Shown here: piece by piece, positions 39,621 through 51,850 of the stretch
Numbering within the stretch: the stretch's first letter is position 1
Layout of the letters: each line of letters opens with the position of its first letter
NCBI GenBank assembly: GCA_951406725.2
Contig: OX597824.1
Span: 83,762,001 to 83,826,000 of the forward strand
From: Octopus vulgaris
Lineage: Eukaryota
DNA: 64,000 nucleotides
Direction: 5' to 3'
The notes under the pieces: model-generated
Seen by the model: the letters and a program-made list of their open reading frames with translations, nothing else
The model's database searches: none
What the model was told of the DNA's origin: nothing
Program-made: the position numbers and the translations under genes

Positions 39621-42075
39621 CAGTACATTATAGGTTCTTAATTTAGTGACCCTATCTCAGGAAAGAGACTCCAAAGTCTTACTCCAGTAGGTTTTGAAAT
39701 CAGAACAGTAAGATATATCAACAAAAAAATACCTGTGAAGGCACTTTGCACATTAATCTACCTCCACCATCTTCTGACAACTCACTCTCCTTGGAGATAT
39801 AGATATTTAAATAATTTGAGAAATTCACAGCTTTGTGATTAATGATTCTTTATTTCCTTGATGATAAATGAATCTTTCTCCTTCTCCCCACACCCACTGC
39901 CTCCTCGGTTTCTTCTTCACTACTTACTCAGCAACCTTAAGGGACATATGTCATAGAAAACAAAACAAAAGTGAAACAGAGATTTAAATCCTCCTACCCA
40001 CCCACCTCACATTTTTTTTCCTCCTTATTTTCATTGTGATATGTACTGGAAATTGACAGAAATCTCAGTGTCTGTTGATTTAACTGAAAGCATCCGAAGC
40101 ACATTTACATTATTTGTCATAATAATAAATAAGTTTCATGCCCTCACAGAAGATTTATGCTATTCTTTAAGTCTTCGAGAAAAACATCTGTGAATATAAT
40201 TCTATAAGTGTTCAACAGACCCAACACAGAATAGAAATTTAAACAATTCCGTTTACAGATTGCAGCAGTAGAGTCTAAGTGTTTGGTATAATTCTGTCTT
40301 TGTGTTACTGAAATTCTCTGGAAGAGATTAACTCTATAAAGACAATGGAATTGATTTACCGGTCTGCTATTTTGGAATTAGACAGTAGAGTAGATCTCTT
40401 CATCATCATCATCATTGTTTAGTGTCCGTTTTCCGTGCTAGCACGGATTGGATGGTTCGACCGGGGTCTGGGAAGCCAGAAGGCTACACCAGGCTCCAGT
40501 CTGATCTGGCAGTGTTTCTACAGCTGGATGCCCTTCCTAACGCCAACCACTCTGTGAGTGTAGTGGGTGGTTTTTACGTGACACCGGCACAGGTGCCAGG
40601 GGAGGCAGGCAGCGACCACAATCGGTTGGTGCTTTTTATGTGCCACTGGCACAGAAGCCAGTCAAGGTGGCGCTGGCATTGGCTCAAGAATAAATATATA
40701 TGGCTGTGTGATTAAAATTGTAGAGGTGAGTGGCTTAGTGGTTAGGTTGTTGGACTTATGATTGTAAGATAGTGGTTTCGATTCCTGGACTGGGTGATGT
40801 GTTGTGTTCTTGAGCAAAACACTTCATTTCATATTACTCCAGTCCACTCAGCTGGTAAAAATGAGTAATCCTGCAACAGACCAGTGTCTTATCAAGATGG
40901 GGAATGTATATGCCACAGAAACTAGGAAACTGGCCCTTATGAGTTGGTATGACTCAAACGGGGAAGGTGTTATTTCAAACTGTATAAGCAGGGTCATTAA
41001 ACTTGGGTCACAGGTTTAATTCACAACTACTTTATGGCACGTTGTTTGAAAGAAATTGGGCCAGCCATATAATCACCCATTCAGTAAAACACCTACTTTT
41101 TTATCCTTCAATATTATACCCCACTATAAGGTGGCAAGCTGGCAGAAATGTTAGCACGCTGGGCGAAATGCTTAACAGTATTTCATCTACCACTATGTTC
41201 TGAGTTCAAATTCCGCTGAGGTTGACTTTGCCTTTCATCCTTTCGGGGTTGATTAAATAAGTACCAGTTACGCACTGGGGACGATATAATCGACTTAGTC
41301 CATTTGTCTGCCCTTGTTTGTCTCTTCTGTGTGTAGCACCTTGTGGGCAGTAAAGAAATAAGAAATGTTAGCTTAGAGGGAAAACTGCTTAGTGTAATTT
41401 TGTCTGTCTTTAGATTCTGAGTTCAAATTCCACTGAGGCCAACTTTACCTTTCATCCTTTCAAGATCGATAAAATAAGTACCAGTAAACACTGGGGTCTG
41501 TATAATCAATTTAGCCCCTCCCCAGAAATTGCTGGCCTTGTGCCAATATTTGAAACCAATATTACATCTCACTTGAAGGCAGTGAGATGACAGAATTATT
41601 AGCACAGTGGACAAAATGCTTAACGGCAGCTTGTTCATCTTTACGTTCTGAGTTCAAATTCTGCCATGGTCGACTTTGCCTTTCATCCTTTTGGGGTCAA
41701 TAAGATAAGTAGCAGTTGCATATTGGAGTCAATGAAACCGACTTGATCCCTTCCTTGAAATGACTGGCCTTGTGCCAAAATTTGAAACCAATAGTGTACC
41801 CCACTCAGCTGAACCCTGAACCATGTGGTTGGGAAGCAAGCTTCTTACCACACAGCCACACCTATATATGTCTCTCTTTTTACTCGTGTCAGTCATTTGA
41901 CTGCGGCCATGCTGGAGCACTGCCTCTAGTCGAGCAAATCGACCCCGGGACTTATTCTTTGTAAGCCCAGTACTTATTCTATCGGTCTCTTTTGCCAAAC
42001 CGCTAAGTGACGTGGACGTAAACACACCAGCATCGGTTGTCAAGCAACGTTAGGGGGACAAACACAGACACACAA

Positions 42076-42112
<37 letters not shown>

Positions 42113-42288
42113 CATATATACGACAGGCTTCTTTCAGTTTCCGTCTACCAAATCCACTCACAAGGCATTGGTCGGCCCGGGGCTATAGCAGAAGACACTT
42201 GCCCAAGATGCCACGCAGTGGGACTGAACCCGGAACCATGTGGTTGGTTAGCAAGCTACTTACCACACAGCCACTCCTGCGCCTATGC

Positions 42289-42350
<62 letters not shown>

Positions 42351-43099
42351 AGGATGTGTTATAACACTATTCCACGTATACAAAAACATCCATACCAACA
42401 ATCCAATATATCTCCATCATCAGCTGCCCCTCGGATATCATTATGGTTTCGACACCTGCCAGGGCAGTACCATTCAATCCAGCGGTGTCAACAGCACTAA
42501 ATAAGTGTTGTTTGGGAACAAACATACCCAAAAAACACAACTTTCAAGCACATTTACCTTATGTACAACAGTATTCAATCTAAATATAGACAGGATTAAA
42601 CACTAACTTTAAAATTAAACTACAACAAGTATATACATCATCATCATCATCATCATCGTTTAACGTCCGTTCTCCATGCTAGCATGGGTTGGACGGTTCG
42701 ACCGGGGATCTGGGAAGCCAGAAGGCTGCACCAGGCTCCGGTCTTATCTGGCAATGTTTCTACAGCTGGATGCCCTTCCTAACGCCAACCACTCCGTATA
42801 TATATCTATATATGTGTGTGTGTGTGTGTATGTATATATATGTAACAAATTTCCAAATGCACTGACAAGGTGCTGGTCTGTCTAGACTGTAATGGAAGAC
42901 ACTTTCACAAGTTACCACACACTAGCAGGACTGAACCTGAAGCCACTTGGTTGATGCCTATGCCTTTTGTAAGTGTAAATATTTAAACAATGTCTTTTAT
43001 CCTAAAAGATGACCTTAATATTTGAATAAGTTATAACCTTACTGATATTTTTTGGTTTTGATATTTTTTTCTTCGTTTTAACTTGTCTTTTTCTTCCAG

Positions 43100-43238
43100 G
43101 CCGATGTTATTTGTTGGCCCTACAGGGACAGGGAAGAGCTGTTATGTCCAAGATAAACTGATGAAAGGAATTTCAAAAGAAAAGTACATTCCGACTTTTC
43201 TGAACTTCTCTGCTCAAACTTCTGCCAATCAAGTTCAG
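43100..43238 (+). CDS. DNAH12: Dynein heavy chain exon 8 (AAA3 Walker A)
   Basis: ccag|G CCG; PMLFVGPTGTGKSCYVQDKLM...LNFSAQTSANQVQ; CAG|gtgaga. Confidence 0.96.
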
Positions 43239-44219
43239 GTGAGACTGAGAAAGAATTATTAAATTTCTTGTTTTTTTAATCAATTGAAATTTCATCATCA
43301 TTGTGATGGTGATGGTGAAGACGACTCTATGCATGGTGAACAGTGAGAAACAGAACAAAGACATACTCTCGTTTTACTCTTTTAGTTGTTTCAGTCATTT
43401 GACTGCGGCCATGCTGGAGCACCGCCTTTAGTCGAGCAAATCAACCCCGGGACTTTATTCTTTGTAAGCCCAGTACTTATTCTATCGGTCTCTTTTGCCG
43501 AACCGCTAAGTGACGGGGACGTAAACACACCAGCATCAGTTGTCAAGCAATGTTAGGGGGACAAACATGGACACACAAACACACACACACACACATATAT
43601 ATATATACATATATACGACAGGCTTCTTTCAGTTTCCGTCTACCAAATCCACTCACAAGGCATTGGTCGGCCCGGGGCTATAGCAGAAGACACTTGCCCA
43701 AGATGCCACGCAGTGGGACTGAACCCGGAACCATGTGGTTGGTTAGCAAGCTACTCACCACACAGCCACTCCTGTTTATTTTTTTCTTAATATTTTCTGT
43801 AATCGACAAGCCCCTCCCCACAAAATTCCAGGCCTTGTGCCTATTATAGAAAAGATCATCATCATCATCATCATCATCGCCACCATCACCACCATTATCG
43901 TCATTATTATGTTCGACTTTTGCCTTGTATTTGTCAAATTGACTCCAAGTCTCACCCAGAGACCTCAAGAGACAATAAGTTAGAAGTTCATGTTGGTGTT
44001 ATGCCTAGGATGCCATATTTTTCGTTTTACATATAGAATGTTCTCGTAAACATTCTAGAGAATATTTAAGAAAACATAAGAAAGTTATAAGTTTGTTTTA
44101 AAATTTGAGATTACATAGACAGTATTTTACTAGGATATGGGAAGTTCTTTTGAATTTCCGCCATTTTGGGGTTTCCGGGTATCTGAGCTAGGTAAGAATC
44201 AGCTCACTTTGCTATTATT

Positions 44220-44640
44220 CATCATCATCATCATCATCATCGTTTAACGTCCGTTTTCCACGCTAGCACGGGTTGGACGGTTCGACCGGGGTCTGGGGAG
44301 CCAGGGGCTGCCCTAGGCTCCAGTCTGATCTGGCAGTGTTTCTACAGCTGGATGCCCTTCCTAACGCCAACCACTCCGCGAGTGTAGTGGGTGCTTTTTA
44401 CGTGCCACCTGCACAGGTGCCAGAGGGGTCTGGCATTGGCCACGTTTAGATGGTGCTTTTTATGTGCCACCGGCACAGAAGCCATTCGAGGCAGGGTTGG
44501 CATCGGTCACGTTCGGATGGTGCTTTTTATGTGCCACCGGCACAGAAGCCAGTGGAGGCTGCACTGGCAACGGCCACGTTCAGATGGTGCTTTTTATGTG
44601 TCACCGGCACAGGTATCACAACTACTGTTTCCATTGATAT
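44220..44640 (-). mobile_element. (GAT)n-tailed SINE/LINE-3'-end-like repeat (family E) with variable tandem array; at least 15 copies in window
   Basis: Conserved CATCATCGTTTAACGTCCG..CTGGATGCCCTTCCTAACGCCAACCAC block also near 3940, 6070, 11995, 22035, 25170, 25900, 33940, 36905, 40400, 42640, 47645, 50110, 57365, 61095. Confidence 0.75.
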
Positions 44641-44725
44641 TTGGTTCGATGTTCATATTATTATTATCATCATTATTATTATAATTGTTATTAATATTAT
44701 TGTTACTGTTATTATTATCCAACAG

Positions 44726-44892
44726 ACCATTATCATGACAAGTCTTGTGAAGAGAAGGAGAGGGGTGTTTGGCCCTCTAATTGGTAAAACAGCCATATTT
44801 TTTGTTGACGATATGAACATGCCCGCTAAAGAAGTGTATGGAGCTCAACCCCCTATTGAACTACTGCGACAGTTTTTTGACCATGGACACTG
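44726..44892 (+). CDS. DNAH12: Dynein heavy chain exon 9 (AAA3 Walker B)
   Basis: aacag|ACC; [55 protein letters not shown]; TG|gtaaga, phase 2. Confidence 0.95.
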
Positions 44893-45223
44893 GTAAGATT
44901 GAAACCCTCATAGAAGGAGTAATGACATTTATGTGTTTTTCAATATCTCTTTATTTTTTTGATGATTTTTTTTTTTGTTTGAAATTTTTTCTCTTTTACT
45001 TGTTTCAGTCATTTGACTGTAGCCATGCTGGATCACTGCCTTAAAGGCTTTTAGTCGAAGAAATCGACCCCAGGCCTTATTCTTTGTTAGCTTAGTACTT
45101 ATTCTATCGGTGTCTTTTGCCAAACTGCTAAGTTATGCGGGCATAAACATACTGACATCGGTTGACAAGCGATAGTGGTGAGGACAAACACAGACATAGA
45201 GACACACACACATAAATGTATAC

Positions 45224-45266
<43 letters not shown>

Positions 45267-45698
45267 ATCTTCTTTTGGTTTCCATTTACCAAATCCACTG
45301 GAAAGGCTTTGGTCGGCCTGAGGCTATAGTAGAAGACTCTTGCCCAAGGTGCCACACAGTGGGACTGATCCCAGAACCATGTGATTGGGATGCAAGGCTT
45401 CTTACCACAAAACCATGCATTTGAAATCTATTTTTCATTGCATTTTAATTTCATTTGGTTTACTCATTTGTTTATTCATTTATTTTACTTTCTGTGAAAG
45501 TTCTAGTATGGCCAGGTAACCAGGGTGGCGGAAAGAGTTTGATTAGTGGGGAGTAGAGGCAGTGTGGTCAACAGGTCTAGAATGATCACAAGTTCTGATT
45601 GTGTCATTGGTCAGTGCAAAATTTGGCCCGTCATCATGGTGAATGCCAAATAGTGTCAGTGGTGAATGTGATATAGAGCCTACTTTAATTTCTTACAG

Positions 45699-45891
45699 GT
45701 ATGACTTGAAAGATACTACTCAACTTATCCTAAAAGATATCCAGTTTCTCGCTGCCATGGGTCCTCCAGGTGGTGCTCGCTGTGATGTTACCCCAAGGTT
45801 TCTACGTCATTTCAACATTGTCGCAATGAATCCATTCAGTGAGGATTCGATGGTGAGAATATTTTCATCACTGATGTCCATATACCTCCGA
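45699..45891 (+). CDS. DNAH12: Dynein heavy chain exon 10
   Basis: tacag|G TAT; YDLKDTTQLILKDIQFLAAMGPPGGARCDVTPRFLRHFN...RIFSSLMSIYLR; CGA|gtaagt. Confidence 0.96.
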
Positions 45892-46475
45892 GTAAGTTAA
45901 CGCCTCATTTTGCCTCTTCTCTCTTCTTTACCTTCTTTATTTTTTGATTTTTGACCACAAAAAAAAAAAAAATCAGCCTCCACAAATTCTGTCTGACCCA
46001 TGCAAGCATGGCAATATAAATGCTGAAATGATAGCAACAGCAATGATAATAATGATTTATGTCAGCCTTGTAACAGCTTTCTGATCTTAAACCATTTTGG
46101 AAATTGTATATTCCAATTAAAAAAATTTATATCTGGCACATATAACATACTCTCTCAAAGATCCAAACAACCTAAGGAAAAAAATATTTCACAGGGCAGC
46201 AACAATGAACAGAGACATTAATGTGAAACAGAAACATATTTAACACATCCAGGTACTCCCCACATCAGTTGCCTATTATATAACATTATGGTTTCAACAG
46301 CTGAAAGTAGGATCACTACTTTTGAATGCATCAAACAACCTTAAAAATAAAGTCTAATGCTGTTTAGGAATATACAAACAAAATACTTGTACTCAGGCTA
46401 CAGATCACAAGCATGGATTTTAAATGCCATATATAATATAAAATAAAACTTATTGAATGATGATTTACTTCTAAA

Positions 46476-46520
46476 TCCTCTGAGGAGCAGCCAGCAAACT
46501 GTGAAAACAGCCTTTCAGGA
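46476..46520 (+). ncRNA. Minimal type I hammerhead ribozyme motif, canonical core
   Basis: TCCT CTGAGGA GCAG CCAGCAAA CTGT GAAA ACAGCCT TTC AGGA: 4-bp stem I, 4-bp stem II, 2-bp stem III, UUC triplet (cut after 46516). Confidence 0.65.
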
Positions 46521-46818
46521 GATTCTCTAACTCTTCCTCCTTCACATCTGCAGCATTGAAAGAATGTGTTTACATTCTTATTTGACCCACAGTGAGGCTT
46601 TTTAATGCTTAAACATATATAATTTCTTACTTTGTGTGTGTGTGTATGTGTATACAGAGAGTGAGAGAGACGGAGAAAGTGATACAAACAGTCAAAGTGA
46701 GAAATATATAGATATGTAATGTAATTCATACTGTATGTGTTATGGTATGGAAATGTCACAACAGTGATATTTGGTTGATATCTATTTACTGAAGCAGCAT
46801 TAATTATAGTAGTGAATG

Positions 46819-46852
<34 letters not shown>

Positions 46853-46879
46853 ATATAATTTTATATCTATTTTTACCAT

Positions 46880-47345
46880 ATCAACTGGCTCCTTCCACTT
46901 GGATTGCTTGACACTTCATCGCTCAACTGTCATCCTTCATTCGCATCACATGCCCATGTCTCAGTGCAGTCTTCCATCTTTCATGCTGCTTCTTCTTCCC
47001 CATCACCCGTGTGTCATTGTCAAGCACATCCAGCGATCCATACACATCGCATATGTTTGAGCTTTCACACGTGTTCACTTAATTCAGTGCCCTTGCAATG
47101 CCACACTTTGTACACAAGCATCATACAATTTTCCCATCACTTGGAAAGGCACACTAGCTGTTGGCCACGAAAGCAATGTCTTCCTGGGTAGTAACAAAAG
47201 TGATTTTGATGGAATGGAAGAGCTACAATTAAGGAGATGAGGAGAGTATCTAGAGGCGGGTAGGAGCACAGTTTCGTTGAGGTGGGTAGATATTCTTGGG
47301 AACTGGTCACTACTGGCCATCCTGGTTCTTTGTCATCATGGCTCC
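46880..47345 (-). mobile_element. Decayed RTE LINE fragment
   Basis: VMGKLYDACVQSVAL..HVMRMKDDS..KCQAIQVEG. Confidence 0.65.
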
Positions 47346-47520
47346 CTCTCTTACATTTCACACCAATTCTTCAGATGAGCATTGTGATTTTTATGGTTTT
47401 TATCCCCAGAACATTGTTACTCTGGCTTCATGGCACTCACATATACTGACGAATATATCATCTTGCAGAAACTGTTAACTTCTAAAATCAAAGAATTCAT
47501 TTCTTATTGGAGATCTGTGC

Positions 47521-47552
<32 letters not shown>

Positions 47553-48286
47553 TGTATGTATGTATGTATGTATGTATGTATGTATGTATGCATGCATGCA
47601 TGGTTGGATGGATGGACAGAGGGACAGGTGGATGATGATGATATCATCATCATCATCATCATCATCATTTGGCATCTGCTTCCCATGCTGGCATGGGTCA
47701 GGTTGTTTGACTGAAACTGGTAAGCTGGAGAGCTGCACCAGATTCCAATCTGATTTTGCATGGGTTTTAAGGTTGGATGCCCTTCCTGATGCCAACCACT
47801 CCAAGAGTGTAAATGGGTGCTTTTTACATCCCCGCATTGATGTAAAATGCAAAATATCCTACAAAATTAAACAGAACTTAAGCTACGTCCTCAGTCTTTG
47901 TTAAAATTTACAAAACAATCTATTGTGACATTAGAATTTTCTTTACTGTTAAATAAAATTTCATCAAACTATGTGAAGTATTACTGCCATTTATAACTTT
48001 ATATGTGTGTGTGTGTGCATACCTTTTTCTATTTCCTCTCACTGTTTATTTCTGTGTTCCTTTCTGTTGAAGAGCATAGGCTCAAAACGTAAAAAGCTTT
48101 CTCATTTCCCAAGTGTTAAACTAATACATCTGTTTATTGTTTACACACCCGTCTTCATCTTTTGTTTTTTTTGTAAATTCTCACTATATGTACATATATA
48201 TGTACATATATACATTCATATGTCTGTGCATGTGTGTGTGTATGCATACCTTTTTCTATTTCCTCTCACTGTTTATTTCTGTGTTC

Positions 48287-48322
48287 CTTTCTGTCGAAGA
48301 GCATAGGCTCGAAACGTAAAAG
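48287..48322 (+). ncRNA. Hammerhead-like motif with variant core CUGUCGAA (decayed tandem partner at 48060-48096)
   Basis: CTTT CTGTCGAA GAGC ATAG GCTC GAAA CG TA AAAG; the copy 227 bp upstream has GAAA>AAAA. Confidence 0.5.
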
Positions 48323-48799
48323 ACTCTCTCACTTCCCGAGCATTAAACTAATACATCTGTTTATTGTTTACACACCCGTCTTCGTCTTTTGTTTTCTTGT
48401 AAATTCTCGCTATATATATATAGGTGCAAGTGTGGCTGTGTGGTTAAGAAGCTTGATTTCCAACCATCTGATTTTGGATTAAGTTTTGCTGCATAGCCTT
48501 TTGGATAAGTGCTTTTTATACTAGCCTGGAGTGAACAAAAGTCTTGTGAATGGACCTAATAGACAGAAACTAGAAGAAGTCCATTGTCAGTCATTAGACT
48601 ATGGTCATGCTAGGTCACTGCTTTGATGAACTTTTAGTCGAATGAATTGCCCTGTATACTTAGTTCTTTTAATGTCTAGAACTTATTTGCTTATTCTATC
48701 ATTCACTTTTGCCATACTGCTAAGTTATGGGAACATAAACAAACCAATACCAGTTATCAAGCGGTAGTGCGGGACAAACACAGACACAAGGACAGGGCT

Positions 48800-49440
48800 G
48801 AGGCCTGTATTGAGACCCATAGAGGCCCTAAGCACTTAAAAGATTTTGGTGCCCTTATAAAAAGATTATGTAATTCAAAATATAAAAAATAACAAACCAT
48901 GAAATAAATTCTTATTTTTCAAAACGAAACAAAACAGCAACAGGGAAAATAATGTTTATTTTTGGATTCTTCCAATTTATTTATATTTGAAAAGTTTCCT
49001 CCTACTTTTTTGAATTGCAAAGTCTTTGATCAGTTCCTCAAAATTAATCTAAGGTAACACATTTGCAACTATACTTAGTAGAGATAAAGGCATCCCGAAT
49101 ATTATTTTAGCAAGTGTAAAGTGATTTCTTTTGTGCCATAAACCTAATTCTTTATTACCCACAAGGGGCTAAACACAGAGGGGACAAACAAGGACAGACA
49201 TAGGTATTAAGTCGATTACATCGACCCCAGTGCGTAACTGGTACTTAATTAATCGACCCCGAAAGGATGAAAGGAAAAATCGACCTCGGCAGAGGAAATA
49301 CGGCTACACAATTCGTCCGACGTGCTAACGTTTCTGCCAGCTCGCCGCCTTTTGTGCCATAAACCATTTACCATTTCTGTTGTTCCCCCTCCTTCCCTTG
49401 ATGCCCTAAGCATGTACTTATTTTGCTTAATGGTTAAGAC
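48800..49440 (-). mobile_element. hAT transposon remnant interrupted by a family C SINE
   Basis: LSLLSIVANVL..INFEELIKDFAIQKSRRKLF (hAT C-terminus-like); SINE 49145-49349 with TSD TTTTGTGCCATAAACC. Confidence 0.65.
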
Positions 49441-49661
49441 ACACATGCACACACTTCTATTTACAATAAACTTCTTTCAGTTTTTGTTTATCAAATCCAC
49501 TCACAAGGCTTTGGTTGGCCTGAGACCATTGTAGAAGGCACTTGCTCAAGGTGCCATGCAGTGGGATTGAACCTGGAGCCATATAGCTGGGAAGCAAACT
49601 CCTTACCACACGGTCACACCTGCATCCGGTTCATTAACCTTTTTTTTTTCCTTCACTACAG

Positions 49662-49867
49662 GCAGAAGAATTTGGCACTGAATATCTTGGAACTGGAAAC
49701 ATGGCTGTCAGTGCGACCATGGAGGTTTATAAGAATGCTATGATTCATTTGTTACCAACTCCAGCTAAGTCACACTATGTCTTCAACCTGCGGGATTTCT
49801 CTAGAGTCATATATGGAGTGTGCCTCATCAAGAAGGCAGAACTTGAAAACAAGAAAATGTTTATCAG
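49662..49867 (+). CDS. DNAH12: Dynein heavy chain exon 11 (AAA3 lid)
   Basis: tacag|GCA; AEEFGTEYLGTGNMAVSATMEVYKNAMIHLLPTPAKSHYVFNLRDFSRVIYG...KKMFI; AG|gtatat, phase 2. Confidence 0.95.
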
Positions 49868-50663
49868 GTATATTGATTCCTAAGACTGGTTTCTATCTGT
49901 TTGTGTTGTTCTGGCTATCATTCTTTACTCTCTGGTTCACCAGATCTATTATTAAATACATTCCTCTCTCTTTGTCCCCCCACTCTCTCTCTGGCCAAGT
50001 AACCATGTACCTCCTCTATAGCAAGATACTTGTTTCTGCCTCTGTCTCTGTCATCTGATATCTCTTTCAATACCCACTCTGCTCTCAAAAATTCCACATC
50101 TTGTAAGTTAACTGGTGACAGTGTTGGTGCCATGTAAAAAGCATCCATTGCACATTGTGAAGTGGTTGGCCTTTGGAAGGGCATCTAACCGTAAAAACCA
50201 TGCCAAAACTGACCTCTCCTGTGCTAGTATCTCATAAAATGCACTCGGTCCACTCTACAGGGTGGTTGGTGTTAGGAAGAGCATCTAGCCGTAAAAACCC
50301 TGCCGAAACAGACATAGTAACCTGATGTAGTCCAGCATGGAAGGCAGACATTAAATGTTGTTGTTGGTGTTGGTGGTGTTGTTGTTGTTGTTGTTGATGA
50401 TGATGATGATGATAATGTTCTTCTTCTTCTTCTTCTTCCATCTGTGACAAGTCCGTCTTTTGTTCAGACATAATTTATCTAGGACTACATTATCTAATGT
50501 GTCCTTACTCATTTGTTTAGTTCCATATCAGGCCGAATCCACTAGATCCGTGATCAAATACATTCCAACTGTGACCATCCTGTCTTTTATTCAGACATCG
50601 TTTACCTTGGACTGCGTTATCTAATAGTTCGTTTGTTGCTGTAGGTTAGTCCTTACTTTAGCC

Positions 50664-51311
50664 CAGGGATTCTCAACCATTTTTTATCTATGGACCCCTT
50701 TGATTTTATTCTGGTGGACCCCCACCACCATAGCCATTCAGTGTTTAAAAACTATTTTCATAGAAGCTTCTTTCAAAATTACCATTTTGTTTTTCACACA
50801 TTAACTTGTGTAGGTTGAACTATATAAAACATTAGAGAAAGAAACCTAGCTGTTTCTTGCAATACATACCAATGTTTTGTTCCTTCTCAAGCCATCCCTG
50901 GCTCATTAGGGCTGGTTTCCCGGTTTCCTTGGCATATAAGTTCCCCACCTTGACAGGACGCCGGTCCGTTGCAGGTGAGTTGCAAGATGCAGGAGGAAAG
51001 AGCGAGAGAAAGTTGTGGTGAAAGAGTCAGCAGATGTTTGCCATTACCTTCAGCCAGAGCCGTGTGGAGCTTAGGTGTTTCACTCATAAACACACACATC
51101 GCCTGGTCTGAGATTCGAACCCCGATCCCTCGACCACGAGTCCGCTGCTCTAACCACTAGGCCATGTGCCTCCACAATACATACATACCAATATACACAT
51201 CTAAAACAAAATGTTTTCAAGGGCCCTTAAAATACTATTGTGGATCTCCAATTTACTATTTTATTGTGTGAACCCCAAAAACTTTATATGGACCCTGGTT
51301 GAGAACCATCG
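50664..51311. mobile_element. hAT-like MITE interrupted by a SINE
   Basis: Imperfect TIRs CAGGGATTCTCAACC / GGTTGAGAACCATCG; SINE at about 50875-51175. Confidence 0.55.
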
Positions 51312-51457
51312 CTTATCCACTAAGACTATGACCAAAAGTTGCTCCAATTTTGACCCATTGTCTTTTATTCATACATAGTCTATCTTGGACTACATTATCT
51401 AATGTATCCTTACTTTGTTATTTAGCCCCTGGTCAAGCCTGATCTACTAGTTCTACG

Positions 51458-51850
51458 CGTGGAGGCGCAATGGCCTAGTGGTTAGGGCAGCGGACTCGCG
51501 GTCATAGGATCGCGGTTTCGATTCCCAGACCGGGTGTTGTGAGTGTTTATTGAGCGAAAACACCTAAAGCTCCACGAGGCTCCGGCAGGGCATGGTGGTG
51601 ATCCCTGCTGTACTCTTTCACCACAACTTTCTCTCACTCTTTCTTCCTGTTTCTGTTGTACCTGTATTTCAAAGGGCCAGCCTTGTCACTCTCTGTGTCA
51701 CGCTGAATATCCCCGAGAACTACGTTAAGGGTACACATGTCTGTGGAGTGCTCAGCCACTTACACGTTAATTTCACGAGCAGGCTGTTCCGTTGATTGGA
51801 TCAACCGGAACCCTCATCGTCGTAACCGATGGAGTGCTTCCATCCCATCC
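51458..51850 (+). mobile_element. tRNA-headed SINE (family A), full length
   Basis: A box TGGCCTAGTGG, B box GTTTCGATTCC; TSD ACTAGTTCTACG at 51446-51457 and 51851-51862. Confidence 0.88.

Noticed and set aside
44390-44615. CRISPR-like repeat-spacer array
   Set aside because: Eukaryotic intron, no cas genes, spacers are homologous to each other, and the array is part of a dispersed retroposon.
44655-44725. Non-canonical acceptor for exon 9
   Set aside because: The tract is (ATT)n-like but T-rich and ends in a normal CAG; all introns are GT-AG.
47345-47480. CTGAAGA..GAAATGTA (minus) and CTGACGA..GAAACTGT (plus) hammerhead-like strings
   Set aside because: No adequate stem I or stem II pairing.
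51458-51535. tRNA gene
   Set aside because: tRNA-derived head of a multicopy SINE with TSDs; no complete cloverleaf evident.
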